Notes: generated by a model not told the origin, from the sequence alone. Numbered from the stretch's first letter, positions 18,058 through 28,064 are shown. The stretch is DNA of 64,000 bases from Bacteroidales bacterium (GCA_041690235.1 JAWLHS010000001.1:881-64880); one strand, 5' to 3'. Numbers and translations: made by a program.

Positions 18058-18192
18058 TTGGATAATTGGATGTCATTTTCTTTCGGGCTACAAATATATT
18101 ATTTTTATGACCTTAAAATAGTTTTCCGCCTATTTTTTTATTTTCGACAGATGGGTTCAAAACCCGCGAAAGGCCCTTTTTACCCGAACCAT

Positions 18193-20430
18193 CTAGAAAT
18201 AATAATGGATCTTCAGCCCCGTCATGAAATGCCTCGGCATGCCCGGATAGTAATACCTCGGGGGATTATTCCCAAAGGAGGGGGCATTGACAAGGATCAT
18301 GGAGGCATAATGTTGATTTGTCATATTATTCACCTTCACGAATGCATTGAAATGCCATTGCCGGAGTGTCCCCTGATAGCCTGCCGTCAGATCCAGCAGG
18401 GCGTAAGCTTCAGTATAACGGCTGTTCGCATCGTCCATCGGCATTTCCCCGACATAGTGAAAATGGCCCTGTGCATAGAGTCCCCCCGCAAACCCGGCAT
18501 CGGCACCCAACCCGAGCACAAGGGCAGGAATTCCGGGTACCTGGTTGCCCGAATAATCGGTTTCGCGGTCAACAAAATCAGTGAAACGAAAATGATTGAC
18601 CGTCAGCACCGGGCGAAGGGAAAGCTCTGTGGGACGCCACCAGCTTCCCGTCTCTTTCAGTCCAACCCTCCCCCGACTTCTCCTGTGAAGCGGCTGACCA
18701 AAAGCAAACCCATCATCCGCCGACCGGGGATCACGCAACAAAACCAGCTGAATTTCAGCTTCAAGGCCCCGGTGGACCGACTCACCTGCATTTTTTCCAA
18801 CCCAGGCATCTGCTCCCACCCTTTCGGCCACAAGCAGATCTTCAACCCGCATGCGGTAAGCGCTCAGGTCATAAAAAACCCGGTGTCCCCATAAATTGCC
18901 CCTTAAACCTGCCTCAACGCTCCAGCTTGTCTCCGGACGGATACCGGGGTTAACAAACCCTTCAGGGGTCAGCGTCTCCGAAAGGGCTGGGGGTGAAAAC
19001 CCATGGCTCAGGGTTACAAACAGGGCCTGAAAGGGAAGGTAACGGTAGTTGGCGCTTACCCGCGGGGACAATATGACCCCGTAGTTGTACACTTCAGATC
19101 GGTCCATTCCGCCAATCAGCGACAAATCCGAATAGCCTGTCCGGCTGGTATGCACATTAAGTCCCGCGGATGCATTGAGGCGGCCCACTTCCACTTCGCT
19201 TTGCAAAAAGAAGTTTGCGGTCCGGATCAGCTCCTGGTGATCACTGATCTGATCGCCCTGCACCCCCACCCCTCCGATATTCTCGTATGTTCCATACCGA
19301 AAATCCTCGAAAAACAGTTCCGCCCCACCCATCACCTCAATGGCCGCCTGGCCCAGGCGCAGGTAATAACTTCCTTTTATGCGGCTTCCGGCACTTTTCC
19401 GTTGCTCAAACAACACATCGAAGGGACGCATTTCCTTCTCATTGTGAAGGGTGGAAAAAAGTCCCGCCTGAAGCGTAAACCTTTCGCTGAACCGATGCAG
19501 GCCTGAAACACCGGCCAGCAGTTTTTCCGTATCCTCATACCCTTTGGTGCGCAACCAATTCTGTGCGGCGGATCGTGGTGCGGTAAAATGAGTCATGCTG
19601 TCTACCGAACTGGGGATATGCCCTTTCATGTCCGACCAGGCCACCAGGGCGGTAAACAAGGTACGGTCGGCCAGACGCCATTGGGTCACAGAGGTCAGTG
19701 CATCCCGGCGGTAAGAATTGTTTTCCCGGAAACCCTCATTCCGGGTCCGGCTGTAAAGCAAACTGGAGGCCAGGCGATCATTGCCCCCATCAAAACTGAT
19801 CACATTACTTAACAGCCCATAGGATCCGGCCCGGGTGGATACCCCGATGGATGGCGCACGACCAAAAGGCTGTCGGGCAGTGATATTGACAGTCCCTCCC
19901 AAACCTGCGCCATAAGCACTCGAGGCCGGCCCCTTGGTAATTTCTATCCGTTCGATGACCGAAGGGTCAATATGCTCCAGGATGGAGATGCCGGAACCAT
20001 TGGTAAGTGGGATTTGATTCAGGTAGGCACGGATCTTTCCCGTGGCGTAAGGCACCCTGGCCCCGATGCCCCGAATGGTGATCCGGCTGGTATTCAATGT
20101 TCCCATATGGGCAAACACACCCGAAGCCTGGTTCAGCAGGGGCAATACAGTCAATGAATTCTCCCTTTCTATCCGACCCGGTGGGATCATGCTGACCGAT
20201 CCGGGCATGTCGAGCAGCCGGCGGGAAGTGTTGAAGGCGGTAACGGTTACTTCCGACAGGGACCGGATCTCTGTCACAATTACAGTATCCCCGCTTGCAG
20301 AATCCCCGTTCGCCTGCATGGGCAGTAAAACGCCCACAGACCGGGAGAAAGCGCTTTTATTGCTGGGAAAACCCTGCCCGTATGGGAGCAGAATCGCCAA
20401 CAAGAATAAAAAACCAAACATCTTTCCCAT
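18193..20430 (-). CDS. TonB-dependent receptor
   Basis: Signal peptide, plug region (LLDMPGSVSMI, ITIRGIG), a long beta-barrel, and a C-terminus ending ...GLKIHYYF with a terminal aromatic residue. Confidence 0.85.
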   Translation of the reverse strand: MGKMFGFLFLLAILLPYGQGFPSNKSAFSRSVGVLLPMQANGDSASGDTVIVTEIRSLSEVTVTAFNTSRRLLDMPGSVSMIPPGRIERENSLTVLPLLNQASGVFAHMGTLNTSRITIRGIGARVPYATGKIRAYLNQIPLTNGSGISILEHIDPSVIERIEITKGPASSAYGAGLGGTVNITARQPFGRAPSIGVSTRAGSYGLLSNVISFDGGNDRLASSLLYSRTRNEGFRENNSYRRDALTSVTQWRLADRTLFTALVAWSDMKGHIPSSVDSMTHFTAPRSAAQNWLRTKGYEDTEKLLAGVSGLHRFSERFTLQAGLFSTLHNEKEMRPFDVLFEQRKSAGSRIKGSYYLRLGQAAIEVMGGAELFFEDFRYGTYENIGGVGVQGDQISDHQELIRTANFFLQSEVEVGRLNASAGLNVHTSRTGYSDLSLIGGMDRSEVYNYGVILSPRVSANYRYLPFQALFVTLSHGFSPPALSETLTPEGFVNPGIRPETSWSVEAGLRGNLWGHRVFYDLSAYRMRVEDLLVAERVGADAWVGKNAGESVHRGLEAEIQLVLLRDPRSADDGFAFGQPLHRRSRGRVGLKETGSWWRPTELSLRPVLTVNHFRFTDFVDRETDYSGNQVPGIPALVLGLGADAGFAGGLYAQGHFHYVGEMPMDDANSRYTEAYALLDLTAGYQGTLRQWHFNAFVKVNNMTNQHYASMILVNAPSFGNNPPRYYYPGMPRHFMTGLKIHYYF

Positions 20431-20558
20431 TCTGAATGCCCGCTTCTTAAAGGGCCGGCTGTTAATCGAACAAAAAAGTCCGGATTGGGTTCATTGCCAC
20501 TATAAAAACTGTATTTTTACGGGTTCAATTTGTCTAACCCCCGTAATTGTTTTTTAAA

Positions 20559-21794
20559 ATGACGAAGATTCGATTTTCGGTTCCACCCTTTCTGGCCCTG
20601 CTGGCCACACTTTTTCTTGTTGGCTGCACACCCTCTGAAGAACGGATAAGGAGCAAAGCCGCTGCCATTCACAGCGAGGTGCTTACCCTCGACAGTCATA
20701 CCGACACCCCCCTGATGTTGTTCCGCGAGGATTTCGACATCAGTCAACGCAATGATCCCCGCAACCGCGGAGGCAAAATTGATTTTCCCCGCATGGAGGA
20801 AGGCGGACTGGACGCTGCTTTTTTTGCTGTTTTCGTCGGACAGGGGGCGCGGGACCCTGAATCATACGAAGCGGCAAAAAGCAGGGCACTCGACATCTTT
20901 GACCGCGTCCACCGTGCCCTGGCACAAAACCAGGATGTGGCGGGACTCGCACTCACTGCCGAGGATGCAACCCGTTTGCAGAAAGAAGGTAAACGGGCCA
21001 TTTACATTGGGGTTGAAAACGGATACCCGCTTGGAACGGACCTCTCCCTGTTGCAAACTTTTTATGACCTGGGGGGCCGGTATCTGGGTCTTTCACATAC
21101 CCGCAACAACCAATTGTGCGATTCTTCCACCGACCGGGAAGGGGAAGAACATGGCGGATTGTCTGATTTCGGGAAAGATGTGGTTCAAAAACTCAACCGG
21201 CTGGGCATGATGGTCGACGTAAGTCATATTTCCGACAAGGCATTTTACGACGTAATTGAAATCACCCAAACCCCCATTATCGCCTCTCACTCCAATGCAA
21301 GGGCCCTGTGCGAAAGCCCAAGAAACCTGGACGACGACATGCTGTTGGCCCTGGCAGAGAACGGGGGCGTCATCCAGTTGTGTATCCTGAGTTCATACAT
21401 TAAGGATTTTGAACCCGATCTGGAAAGGGATTCTGCCTTCGCGGAACTCCGCGCCAGGTATAACGATTTTGAGAATCTCACCGATGAAGAAATGACGATT
21501 GTGCGTAGTGAATGGGACCGTCTGAGCGAAGAGTATCCCAGGGCAATGGCCACGGTGTCGGATCTGGTCGATCACGTAGACCACATCGTGGATTTGATCG
21601 GAATCGACTATGTGGGAATAGGAACCGATTTTGACGGCGGCGGCGCCCTGGAAGATTGCTATGACGTATCGGAACTTCCGAATATTACCCTTGAACTGGT
21701 TCGTCGCGGGTATAGTAAAAAGGACATCGAAAAAATCTGGTCAGGCAATTTTATGCGGGTTTTCCGGGAAGTCGAAGCCTTTGCCGGAATTTAA
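20559..21794 (+). CDS. membrane dipeptidase (peptidase M19 family), lipoprotein-type signal
   Basis: ATG at 20559 (the track start at 20547 is TTG). Lipobox FLVGC. M19 motifs LDSHTDTPL, VDVSHISD, ASHSNARAL, GIGTDFDGGG. Confidence 0.85.
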   Translation: MTKIRFSVPPFLALLATLFLVGCTPSEERIRSKAAAIHSEVLTLDSHTDTPLMLFREDFDISQRNDPRNRGGKIDFPRMEEGGLDAAFFAVFVGQGARDPESYEAAKSRALDIFDRVHRALAQNQDVAGLALTAEDATRLQKEGKRAIYIGVENGYPLGTDLSLLQTFYDLGGRYLGLSHTRNNQLCDSSTDREGEEHGGLSDFGKDVVQKLNRLGMMVDVSHISDKAFYDVIEITQTPIIASHSNARALCESPRNLDDDMLLALAENGGVIQLCILSSYIKDFEPDLERDSAFAELRARYNDFENLTDEEMTIVRSEWDRLSEEYPRAMATVSDLVDHVDHIVDLIGIDYVGIGTDFDGGGALEDCYDVSELPNITLELVRRGYSKKDIEKIWSGNFMRVFREVEAFAGI

Positions 21795-21862
21795 CCCAAT
21801 GCCTGCCGGATCGACCCCGCATTTAACGGTTGTTTAAAACCTGAAAGTTTGTATATTTACCA

Positions 21863-21895
21863 CCCGGATGGCAGAGATTGCTTTCCGGGTTTTTT
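21863..21895 (+). terminator. putative rho-independent terminator after the dipeptidase gene
   Basis: Stem CCCGGA (21863-21868) pairs with TCCGGG (21884-21889), with inner GCA/TGC pairs. A run of six T at 21890-21895 follows. Confidence 0.4.
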
Positions 21896-21927
21896 AAATC
21901 ACCGGGGATTAAATAAAATCTTGAAAA

Positions 21928-22383
21928 ATGAAGAAAAAAGGATTTTTGCTCGCATCTGTGATGATGTTGTCTGTCATGGCAATGGGGCAGGCAGGCCAGG
22001 TGGTCGGCTTTTGGCTGACCGGCGACAAGGACTCCCAGGTGGAGATCCTAAGAAAAACGGACAACAAATATTACGGCAGGATTGTATGGCTGGATGAACC
22101 GCTCAATGACGAGGGAAGGCCAAAAGTCGACGACAAGAATCCCGACAAGGCCAAGCATACCACCCCCCTCATCGGACTGGAAATCCTGAAGGGTTTTTCA
22201 TACAACGATTCGAAAAAGGAATGGGCCGGAGGAACCATCTATGATCCCCAGAACGGAAAAACGTACGACTGCTATATGTGGTTTGATGGCAACAACACCC
22301 TGAAAATCAAGGGATATGTCCTTGGCATGCGCTTTTTAGGCCGGGAAACCACCTGGACGCGCGAGGCCCGCAAGCGGGATTAA
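21928..22383 (+). CDS. DUF2147 domain-containing exported protein
   Basis: Signal peptide, then GFWLTGDKDSQVEI...YYGRIVWL and GGTIYDPQNGKTYDCYMWF...LKIKGY. I recognise this pattern as DUF2147. Confidence 0.75.
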   Translation: MKKKGFLLASVMMLSVMAMGQAGQVVGFWLTGDKDSQVEILRKTDNKYYGRIVWLDEPLNDEGRPKVDDKNPDKAKHTTPLIGLEILKGFSYNDSKKEWAGGTIYDPQNGKTYDCYMWFDGNNTLKIKGYVLGMRFLGRETTWTREARKRD

Positions 22384-22622
22384 ACACCTGAAAATACAGC
22401 CCCGGTTCCGGGGCGTACGATGGCGGACAATCGTGTCCGGCAAGGGACAATCTGTCGCCTGCCCAGAGCCCTTGTTGTCCATTTCAAAAAGCCTTTCTTG
22501 CTGACTCTTAATTTATTAACAACAACAGGCACACTTATTGTTGTATGCAATAAACACCAAGGGGCTTCCCGCCCCCGAATGTCCTTTTGCATGCATTTGT
22601 AACCCTTAAAAAACAACAAAAA

Positions 22623-23057
22623 ATGAGAACATTATTTACCATCGGGCTGCTTGCCTTGCTTCCGTTTATCGGTTTGGCCCAACAGGCGGATGAAAGCGCT
22701 GTAAAAAAAGTAATTACCCAGGCCTATATTGAGGGCATCCAGAACCAGGGCGACATTGAGGCTGTCCGACAAGGCTTTCACCCCGATTTTGAGATGCTGA
22801 TCAATCGCAACGGACAATTATCAAAGTTTCCCATCTCCGCCTGGATCGAACGCCTCGAACAAAGAAAAGCCAACCCATCCGGTTCCGCCCAGCCTCCTGT
22901 TAGCGGAAAGTTCCTGGATGTGAGCATTACGGGCAATGCAGCCATTGTTTCATTGGAACTGCACAGGGAAAACAAACTGATCTTTACCGACTACATATCA
23001 CTCTACAAGTTCGGATCCCAATGGAAGATTGTATCCAAAATTTACCACCAGCATTAA
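22623..23057 (+). CDS. NTF2-like / putative lumazine-binding family protein, exported
   Basis: ATG at 22623 (the track start at 22587 is TTG). Signal peptide MRTLFTIGLLALLPFIGLAQQ. The size and pattern are SnoaL/NTF2-like (VITQAYIEGIQNQGD..., FTDYISLYKFGSQWKIVSKIY). Confidence 0.6.
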   Translation: MRTLFTIGLLALLPFIGLAQQADESAVKKVITQAYIEGIQNQGDIEAVRQGFHPDFEMLINRNGQLSKFPISAWIERLEQRKANPSGSAQPPVSGKFLDVSITGNAAIVSLELHRENKLIFTDYISLYKFGSQWKIVSKIYHQH

Positions 23058-23116
23058 CGGGATGTCCAAGAGACAAAAGCAGAAAGCGGCCGGTAACAGG
23101 TTTTTGCCGGCCGCTT

Positions 23117-24004
23117 TTATTTTACAGCACGCAAAAACAAATTGACACCGATGGGTTCGGTAATCACAGTAGCCTTTCCCGATGGGATACCGGCCTGGTG
23201 CGCAAAGCCCAGCAGTTCCTCCTCAGATCGATGATATAAAAACCAATCACCAAGCACCTCCATGATCTTTCGGGATGGGTTTTCCACGTTGAAGTTGCCA
23301 ATAATCATTTCACCACCCGGACGAACATATTCATAGAATTTCTTTGCCAGGTATACAAAGTGTTTGTCCTTAAAATAGTCAAACAGCCCCGCACTCCAAA
23401 TCAAATCGTAAGACTTTTCCGGCATATACCGGATCACGTTCTTGTTTTCAAACCTTAAACAATGCAGGTAATCCCTGTTCTTGTTTTTGGCATAATCGAT
23501 GGCCCGCTGATCCAGGTCGATCAGGTCAAATACCAAATGGTTTTCCCCGACATCCCGGAGGTATTCATTGACCTCCGTGGCCGGTCCGCTGCCAAGAATT
23601 AAAACGGACTTTTGCCCTTCACCGGCCTTTTCATTTAACTGGTGTAATATTTCAATGGCCAGCTTCTTGCGATTTACAACGGCAATCACAGCCGGAAACC
23701 GGTGCGCAAATTCATCCCATTTCTTATACCTTGAATCTGAACTGATGTATTTCTGGTAGATTTTCTCAATAATAAAGAAATCCCCGCTATACCCAAATGG
23801 TTTTGAATAACAAAAGCCAATGATGCTTGCCGGTGTCAGAATAGGCTTCATTGCACGGCGGAATGCATCTATTTCATCCGCCTTGATCAGATCAACAAAC
23901 CCGAGCACTTCTTCATATTCATCGGGATCGGGTCCGTTTTTCTCGAACAACATATTGGCGAAGGTTTCCAATCCAATCGCATCAATACTTGACCTATTCT
24001 CCAT
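23117..24004 (-). CDS. class I SAM-dependent methyltransferase with an N-terminal extension
   Basis: ATG at 24004 (24007 is GTG). SAM-binding motif I is VLILGSGPATEV, followed by DLIDLD and LIWSAGLFDYF. The N-terminal region carries KPFGYSGDFFIIEKIY. Confidence 0.7.
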   Translation of the reverse strand: MENRSSIDAIGLETFANMLFEKNGPDPDEYEEVLGFVDLIKADEIDAFRRAMKPILTPASIIGFCYSKPFGYSGDFFIIEKIYQKYISSDSRYKKWDEFAHRFPAVIAVVNRKKLAIEILHQLNEKAGEGQKSVLILGSGPATEVNEYLRDVGENHLVFDLIDLDQRAIDYAKNKNRDYLHCLRFENKNVIRYMPEKSYDLIWSAGLFDYFKDKHFVYLAKKFYEYVRPGGEMIIGNFNVENPSRKIMEVLGDWFLYHRSEEELLGFAHQAGIPSGKATVITEPIGVNLFLRAVK

Positions 24005-24029
24005 CACTTGCGGGAATTATCGGCTTGGC

Positions 24030-24782
24030 CTAAATATTCATCTTTGACTCAAATGCTTCCTTGTACTCTTTCTCGACAATAATGACAGACATCTTGTCGG
24101 CAATAATGATCTCCGGGAATTTCGCGATAAAGATCTTGTCAAGGTTCACAATATGGTCGCGGCTTACCCTTACAAATTTTTCGGAAGGGAAGTGATTGGC
24201 AATCTCGTCAAGCGTACTCCGGATCAGAACGTTTTCGTTCCGCATGTGCGCCTTGCAGTTTTCCCCGCTTTGCTCTACAAAATATAAGTCGGGAAGCTTG
24301 ATCTTCTCCAACCCCTTGTCAGAGTCAACCATGATCAGTTCTTCACTTTCTTCGTTGAGCCTGAAAAATTTATTAAACTGGTCGCTCTCGATCCGGGATT
24401 TCAAATCGTTTTCAAATTTAAACCGGGCGATTTCAATGTTCGTTTGTAGTTCCTTTTCTGTGAAGGGTTTCAAAATATACCCGTAAGGCAGGGAAATTTT
24501 CGCCTTTTCGACCGTGGCAAAATCGGCATTGGCAGTCAGGTAAATAATCGGAACATTGTGCTTCTCCCCAATGATGGTTGCGGCTTCAATACCCGTCATC
24601 TCCCCTTTTAAAATGATATCCATTAAAATCAGGTCGGGCAGGTTTTTTTCCACCTCAGCGATGGCCGCCGGGCCGGTAGCAACCGTATTTTGCACTTTAT
24701 ACCCAATACTAATCAGGCTTTCTTCAATGTCTGCTGCAACAAGGAATTCATCCTCCACAACAAGAATATTTAATGCTGGCAT
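24030..24782 (-). CDS. LytR/AlgR-family response regulator (REC + LytTR DNA-binding domain)
   Basis: Receiver motifs ILVVEDEFLVA and LILMDIILKGEMTG. The LytTR-type C-terminus reads LYFVEQSGENCKAHMRNENVLIRSTLDEIANHFPSEKFVRVSRDHIVNLDKI. Confidence 0.9.
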   Translation of the reverse strand: MPALNILVVEDEFLVAADIEESLISIGYKVQNTVATGPAAIAEVEKNLPDLILMDIILKGEMTGIEAATIIGEKHNVPIIYLTANADFATVEKAKISLPYGYILKPFTEKELQTNIEIARFKFENDLKSRIESDQFNKFFRLNEESEELIMVDSDKGLEKIKLPDLYFVEQSGENCKAHMRNENVLIRSTLDEIANHFPSEKFVRVSRDHIVNLDKIFIAKFPEIIIADKMSVIIVEKEYKEAFESKMNI

Positions 24783-24793
24783 ATCTGGACTAA

Positions 24794-25852
24794 TTAGTTT
24801 TTAAATCGGATTGTGTATTTGGTTCCATTCGAAAAATCGTACTCAAGTGTTCCGTCAATCTGCTGGACAAGCTTGGAAACGATCCGCATGCCCAGAGAAT
24901 TGGAGCTTTCCAGGGTCCTGGTTCCATCCATCCCAACGCCGTCATCGGCGACATTCAGGGTAAATTCATTGCCATTCTGAATGCCCAGCTGGATGGAAAT
25001 TTTTCCCCCATCCCGGCCCTTGAAGGCATGCTTAAAGGAGTTAGAGATTAACTCGTTGATAATAAGACCACAGGGAATTCCGACGTCAATCGGGAGAAAT
25101 ACATCCTCTATGTCATAATCAAAAGTGACTTTCCCCTGAAGATCGGAATAGGTCCTGGACAAATTATTGGTCAGACTCTGCACGTAATTGCCAAATTTAA
25201 TATTGGCCAGGGTTTCATTACGGTAAAGGTTTTCATGGATCAAAGCCATCGAACGGATTCTGTTCTGGCTCTCCCCCAGAACGGTCTTCAGCCTGGGATC
25301 ATCAACCAGGCGCTCCTGCATTTTCAGGATGCTGGATATGATCTGCATATTGTTCTTCACCCTGTGATGCACTTCCTTGAGCAGAATATCTTTTTCGGCA
25401 AGGGACTTTTTCAGATTGGATTCCGCAATGCTCCTTTTAAGTTCTTTTTCCTCCAGGGCCTTTTCCATCAATATATTCCCGGCGAGTTCATCAATCAGGC
25501 CATATAGTTTTTTCGGATCAACGGGTTTCACCAGGTAACCGTTTACTCCCAGGTTAATGGCCTCCAGAAAGTATTCCTTAATACTGTATGCCGACATGAC
25601 GATCACATTCACCTCGGGGTCAAATTCCTTGATGTTACGGATCATCTCCAGGCCGTTCATAATGGGCATGCTGATGTCGGTAATGACCAGATCGGGCTTA
25701 TGCTCCTTGTAAATCTCCAACCCTTCCTGCCCGTTTTCGGCAACAAAAAATTGCTGAACCCTCTTGGATAAGCGGCGCTGGTATAAGGCCCGGATGGTTT
25801 CGTTATCCTCGACGAACAGCAGGGATATTTGATGGGCTTGAATCTCTTCCAT
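24794..25852 (-). CDS. response-regulator receiver fused to a HisKA_2-type histidine kinase
   Basis: ATG at 25852 (MEEIQ...) avoids overlap with the upstream gene. Receiver motifs LLFVEDNETIRA and LVITDISMPIMNG. The HisKA_2 H-box is EVHHRVKNNMQIISSIL. ATPase motifs are INELISNSFKHAF and VADDGVGMD. Confidence 0.85.
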   Translation of the reverse strand: MEEIQAHQISLLFVEDNETIRALYQRRLSKRVQQFFVAENGQEGLEIYKEHKPDLVITDISMPIMNGLEMIRNIKEFDPEVNVIVMSAYSIKEYFLEAINLGVNGYLVKPVDPKKLYGLIDELAGNILMEKALEEKELKRSIAESNLKKSLAEKDILLKEVHHRVKNNMQIISSILKMQERLVDDPRLKTVLGESQNRIRSMALIHENLYRNETLANIKFGNYVQSLTNNLSRTYSDLQGKVTFDYDIEDVFLPIDVGIPCGLIINELISNSFKHAFKGRDGGKISIQLGIQNGNEFTLNVADDGVGMDGTRTLESSNSLGMRIVSKLVQQIDGTLEYDFSNGTKYTIRFKN

Positions 25853-25865
25853 GTATTCTGTTGGT

Positions 25866-27752
25866 TTAAGCCTCTTTTTCTGAATCAATGTATTGCGAGA
25901 TCAACTCAATAAAATCTTTAATATTAAATGGTTTGGCGATATAGTCGGTACAACCGGCCTCAATACTCTTTTCCCTGTCTCCATCCATGGCATATGATGT
26001 CTGGGCGATCACAGGCACATCGGGACGGATTTTCCGGATGAGCGGGGTGGCTTCAAACCCACTCATTACCGGCATTCTGACATCCATCAGGATCAAATCA
26101 ATTTCTTGCTCCTTCTTACATTCTGCAACAGCTTCCTGTCCGTTCTTTGCCCAGATCAGTGTAACACCGGTCTTCTTCAGGGCTGTCTTAATCAGTAAGA
26201 AGTTAGTGGTTACGTCCTCCGCGACGAGAATCACTTTGTCTTTCCAGTTGAAATCCATTGGAATATTGATTTTAGAATGTCGTTTAATGGTGCTGCGATC
26301 ATCCTTGTTTATAGGAAGGGTAAAGCAGAATACAGAGCCTTGTCCCATGTCACTCTCCACCCAGATATCCCCCCCGAACAAGTTCACAAAAGCTTTGGAA
26401 ATGGCCAGGCCAAGACCTGTTCCTTCATGCTTGGGCCGGTGATCGATGGTGGCCTGCATGAAGCGTTCAAAAATGTATTGTTGTTGCTCATAATCAAGGC
26501 CAACCCCTGTATCCTTGACATAGAACACCAGAAACTCCTCATGCACGGCATACCCCACCTCCACATATCCCTGGTAAGTAAATTTACAGGCATTGCCCAC
26601 CAGGTTAATCAGGACCTGCTTTAACCGGGTACGGTCTGAGATCAGAATATCATTCCCCTTCTCAAGACTGTAATTGCTCCGGAGTTCGAAGCGGCGTCCG
26701 CTAACCTGGTTGTCTTTCAGCAACAACTCATTGACCTCGTCCAATAACTCATTGATGGAAAACTCATTGGAACTCAACGAGAGCATTCCCGCTTCAACCT
26801 TGGAAATGTCAATAATGTCATTGATCAGTGCAAGCAAATGATTGCCGTTTTTATTGATGACCTCAATGAATTCTTTTAACTCCTCTTTGTCTTCCGTTTC
26901 CAGAAGAAGTTGCGAGAATCCCAGAATTCCATTCATGGGGGTACGGATCTCATGACTCATATTGGCCAGGAAAGCAGATTTTAGTTTGTCTGATTGCTCA
27001 GCCCTTTCCTTGGCTTCGTTCAGCTGGCTGGTGCGTTCCCTGACCTTGCGCTCGAGGGTGCGATTGGCTTCTTCCACTTCCGCCTTCCTTTTATCGAGCT
27101 GCTTGTTCAGGAAAAAGTCGCGCCGGGCAAAATATTCAATGTTGTAGGCGGCAAACATCCCGATCAGGTTGGCCGAAACGAAAAAAAAGTTGTTATTGAT
27201 AATCACCAAAGCCCCCGTCTCTGAATAGAAAATAGCACCGATATTGTAAATGGCCAGGATGAGCCAGCCGCCAAGGGTGGCCATCAAAAAACGAAGTTTA
27301 ATGAAGAAATAACCGGCCGTAAACACCAGCATGACCCCGCCGTAATAAGCATAATAATCCGGCACCAATACAAGCATCAGACTAATTCCGGCTCCTCCCA
27401 GCACAAAGGAAATAAACACCAGAAGCTGCCAGACATTTCTGAAAAACTTAAAAAAGGAAAAGATCAGCACCAGGAAGAGGAATGGGACGACCACCCCGAA
27501 CCTGACTATGAAAAACACTTCCTGGTACATGGGTACAACCATGGAGTCGAGCAAGCCAAAGACCCCGTAAAGGGCCGCAAGCAAAACAAAGGACACCCGA
27601 AACTGAACCAGGGAATCGCGGAAATATTTTGACAAAAACTCATTTTCCCGTCCATCACGGAATGCAAGGGTAATGGGATTCAGGTTCATGCGCCTGGTCC
27701 CGGGAACCTCCTTGGTATTGTCTGATGACAGGTTGGGAGTATGCTGCTTCAT
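25866..27752 (-). CDS. hybrid sensor histidine kinase (multi-TM sensor, HisKA, HATPase_c, C-terminal receiver)
   Basis: The first ATG is at 27752 (27776 is TTG). About six TM helices and a coiled coil precede the H-box [19 protein letters not shown]. ATPase motifs are [17 protein letters not shown] and [10 protein letters not shown]. The receiver shows [10 protein letters not shown] and [13 protein letters not shown]. Confidence 0.85.
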   Translation of the reverse strand: MKQHTPNLSSDNTKEVPGTRRMNLNPITLAFRDGRENEFLSKYFRDSLVQFRVSFVLLAALYGVFGLLDSMVVPMYQEVFFIVRFGVVVPFLFLVLIFSFFKFFRNVWQLLVFISFVLGGAGISLMLVLVPDYYAYYGGVMLVFTAGYFFIKLRFLMATLGGWLILAIYNIGAIFYSETGALVIINNNFFFVSANLIGMFAAYNIEYFARRDFFLNKQLDKRKAEVEEANRTLERKVRERTSQLNEAKERAEQSDKLKSAFLANMSHEIRTPMNGILGFSQLLLETEDKEELKEFIEVINKNGNHLLALINDIIDISKVEAGMLSLSSNEFSINELLDEVNELLLKDNQVSGRRFELRSNYSLEKGNDILISDRTRLKQVLINLVGNACKFTYQGYVEVGYAVHEEFLVFYVKDTGVGLDYEQQQYIFERFMQATIDHRPKHEGTGLGLAISKAFVNLFGGDIWVESDMGQGSVFCFTLPINKDDRSTIKRHSKINIPMDFNWKDKVILVAEDVTTNFLLIKTALKKTGVTLIWAKNGQEAVAECKKEQEIDLILMDVRMPVMSGFEATPLIRKIRPDVPVIAQTSYAMDGDREKSIEAGCTDYIAKPFNIKDFIELISQYIDSEKEA

Positions 27753-28064
27753 CAAAGCGATTAAAAGTGGGTCCAAAATACGTAATTCCGGCTAATTGCA
27801 GCACAAAAAAAACGTATTTCTTACTATTAATTCTTAGAGGTATACGCAGAATCCCTTTCGAGGTTATGGATGCTTTGTCTTTTTTTCCAAAAGACGTTTT
27901 TTCTTCATTTTTCCAACGATCGGTTGACCCACAGCCTCCGGGATCCAAGGGCCATTGAGGAGTCCAGCCGGGCAGGAACCGACCAACCACCCATCCCACA
28001 AAAAACAAGCTGCGGGTGATGCCGTTTTACTTACCTTTACCAGGTTTTTAAAACTGGTTTTTCG

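Noticed and set aside
20431-20558. A cobalamin or other riboswitch upstream of the TonB-dependent receptor (a GCCACTA string is present).
   Set aside because: The spacer is only 128 nt and shared with a divergent gene. The B12-box-like string is on the wrong strand for the receptor and imperfect, and no multi-stem architecture is evident.
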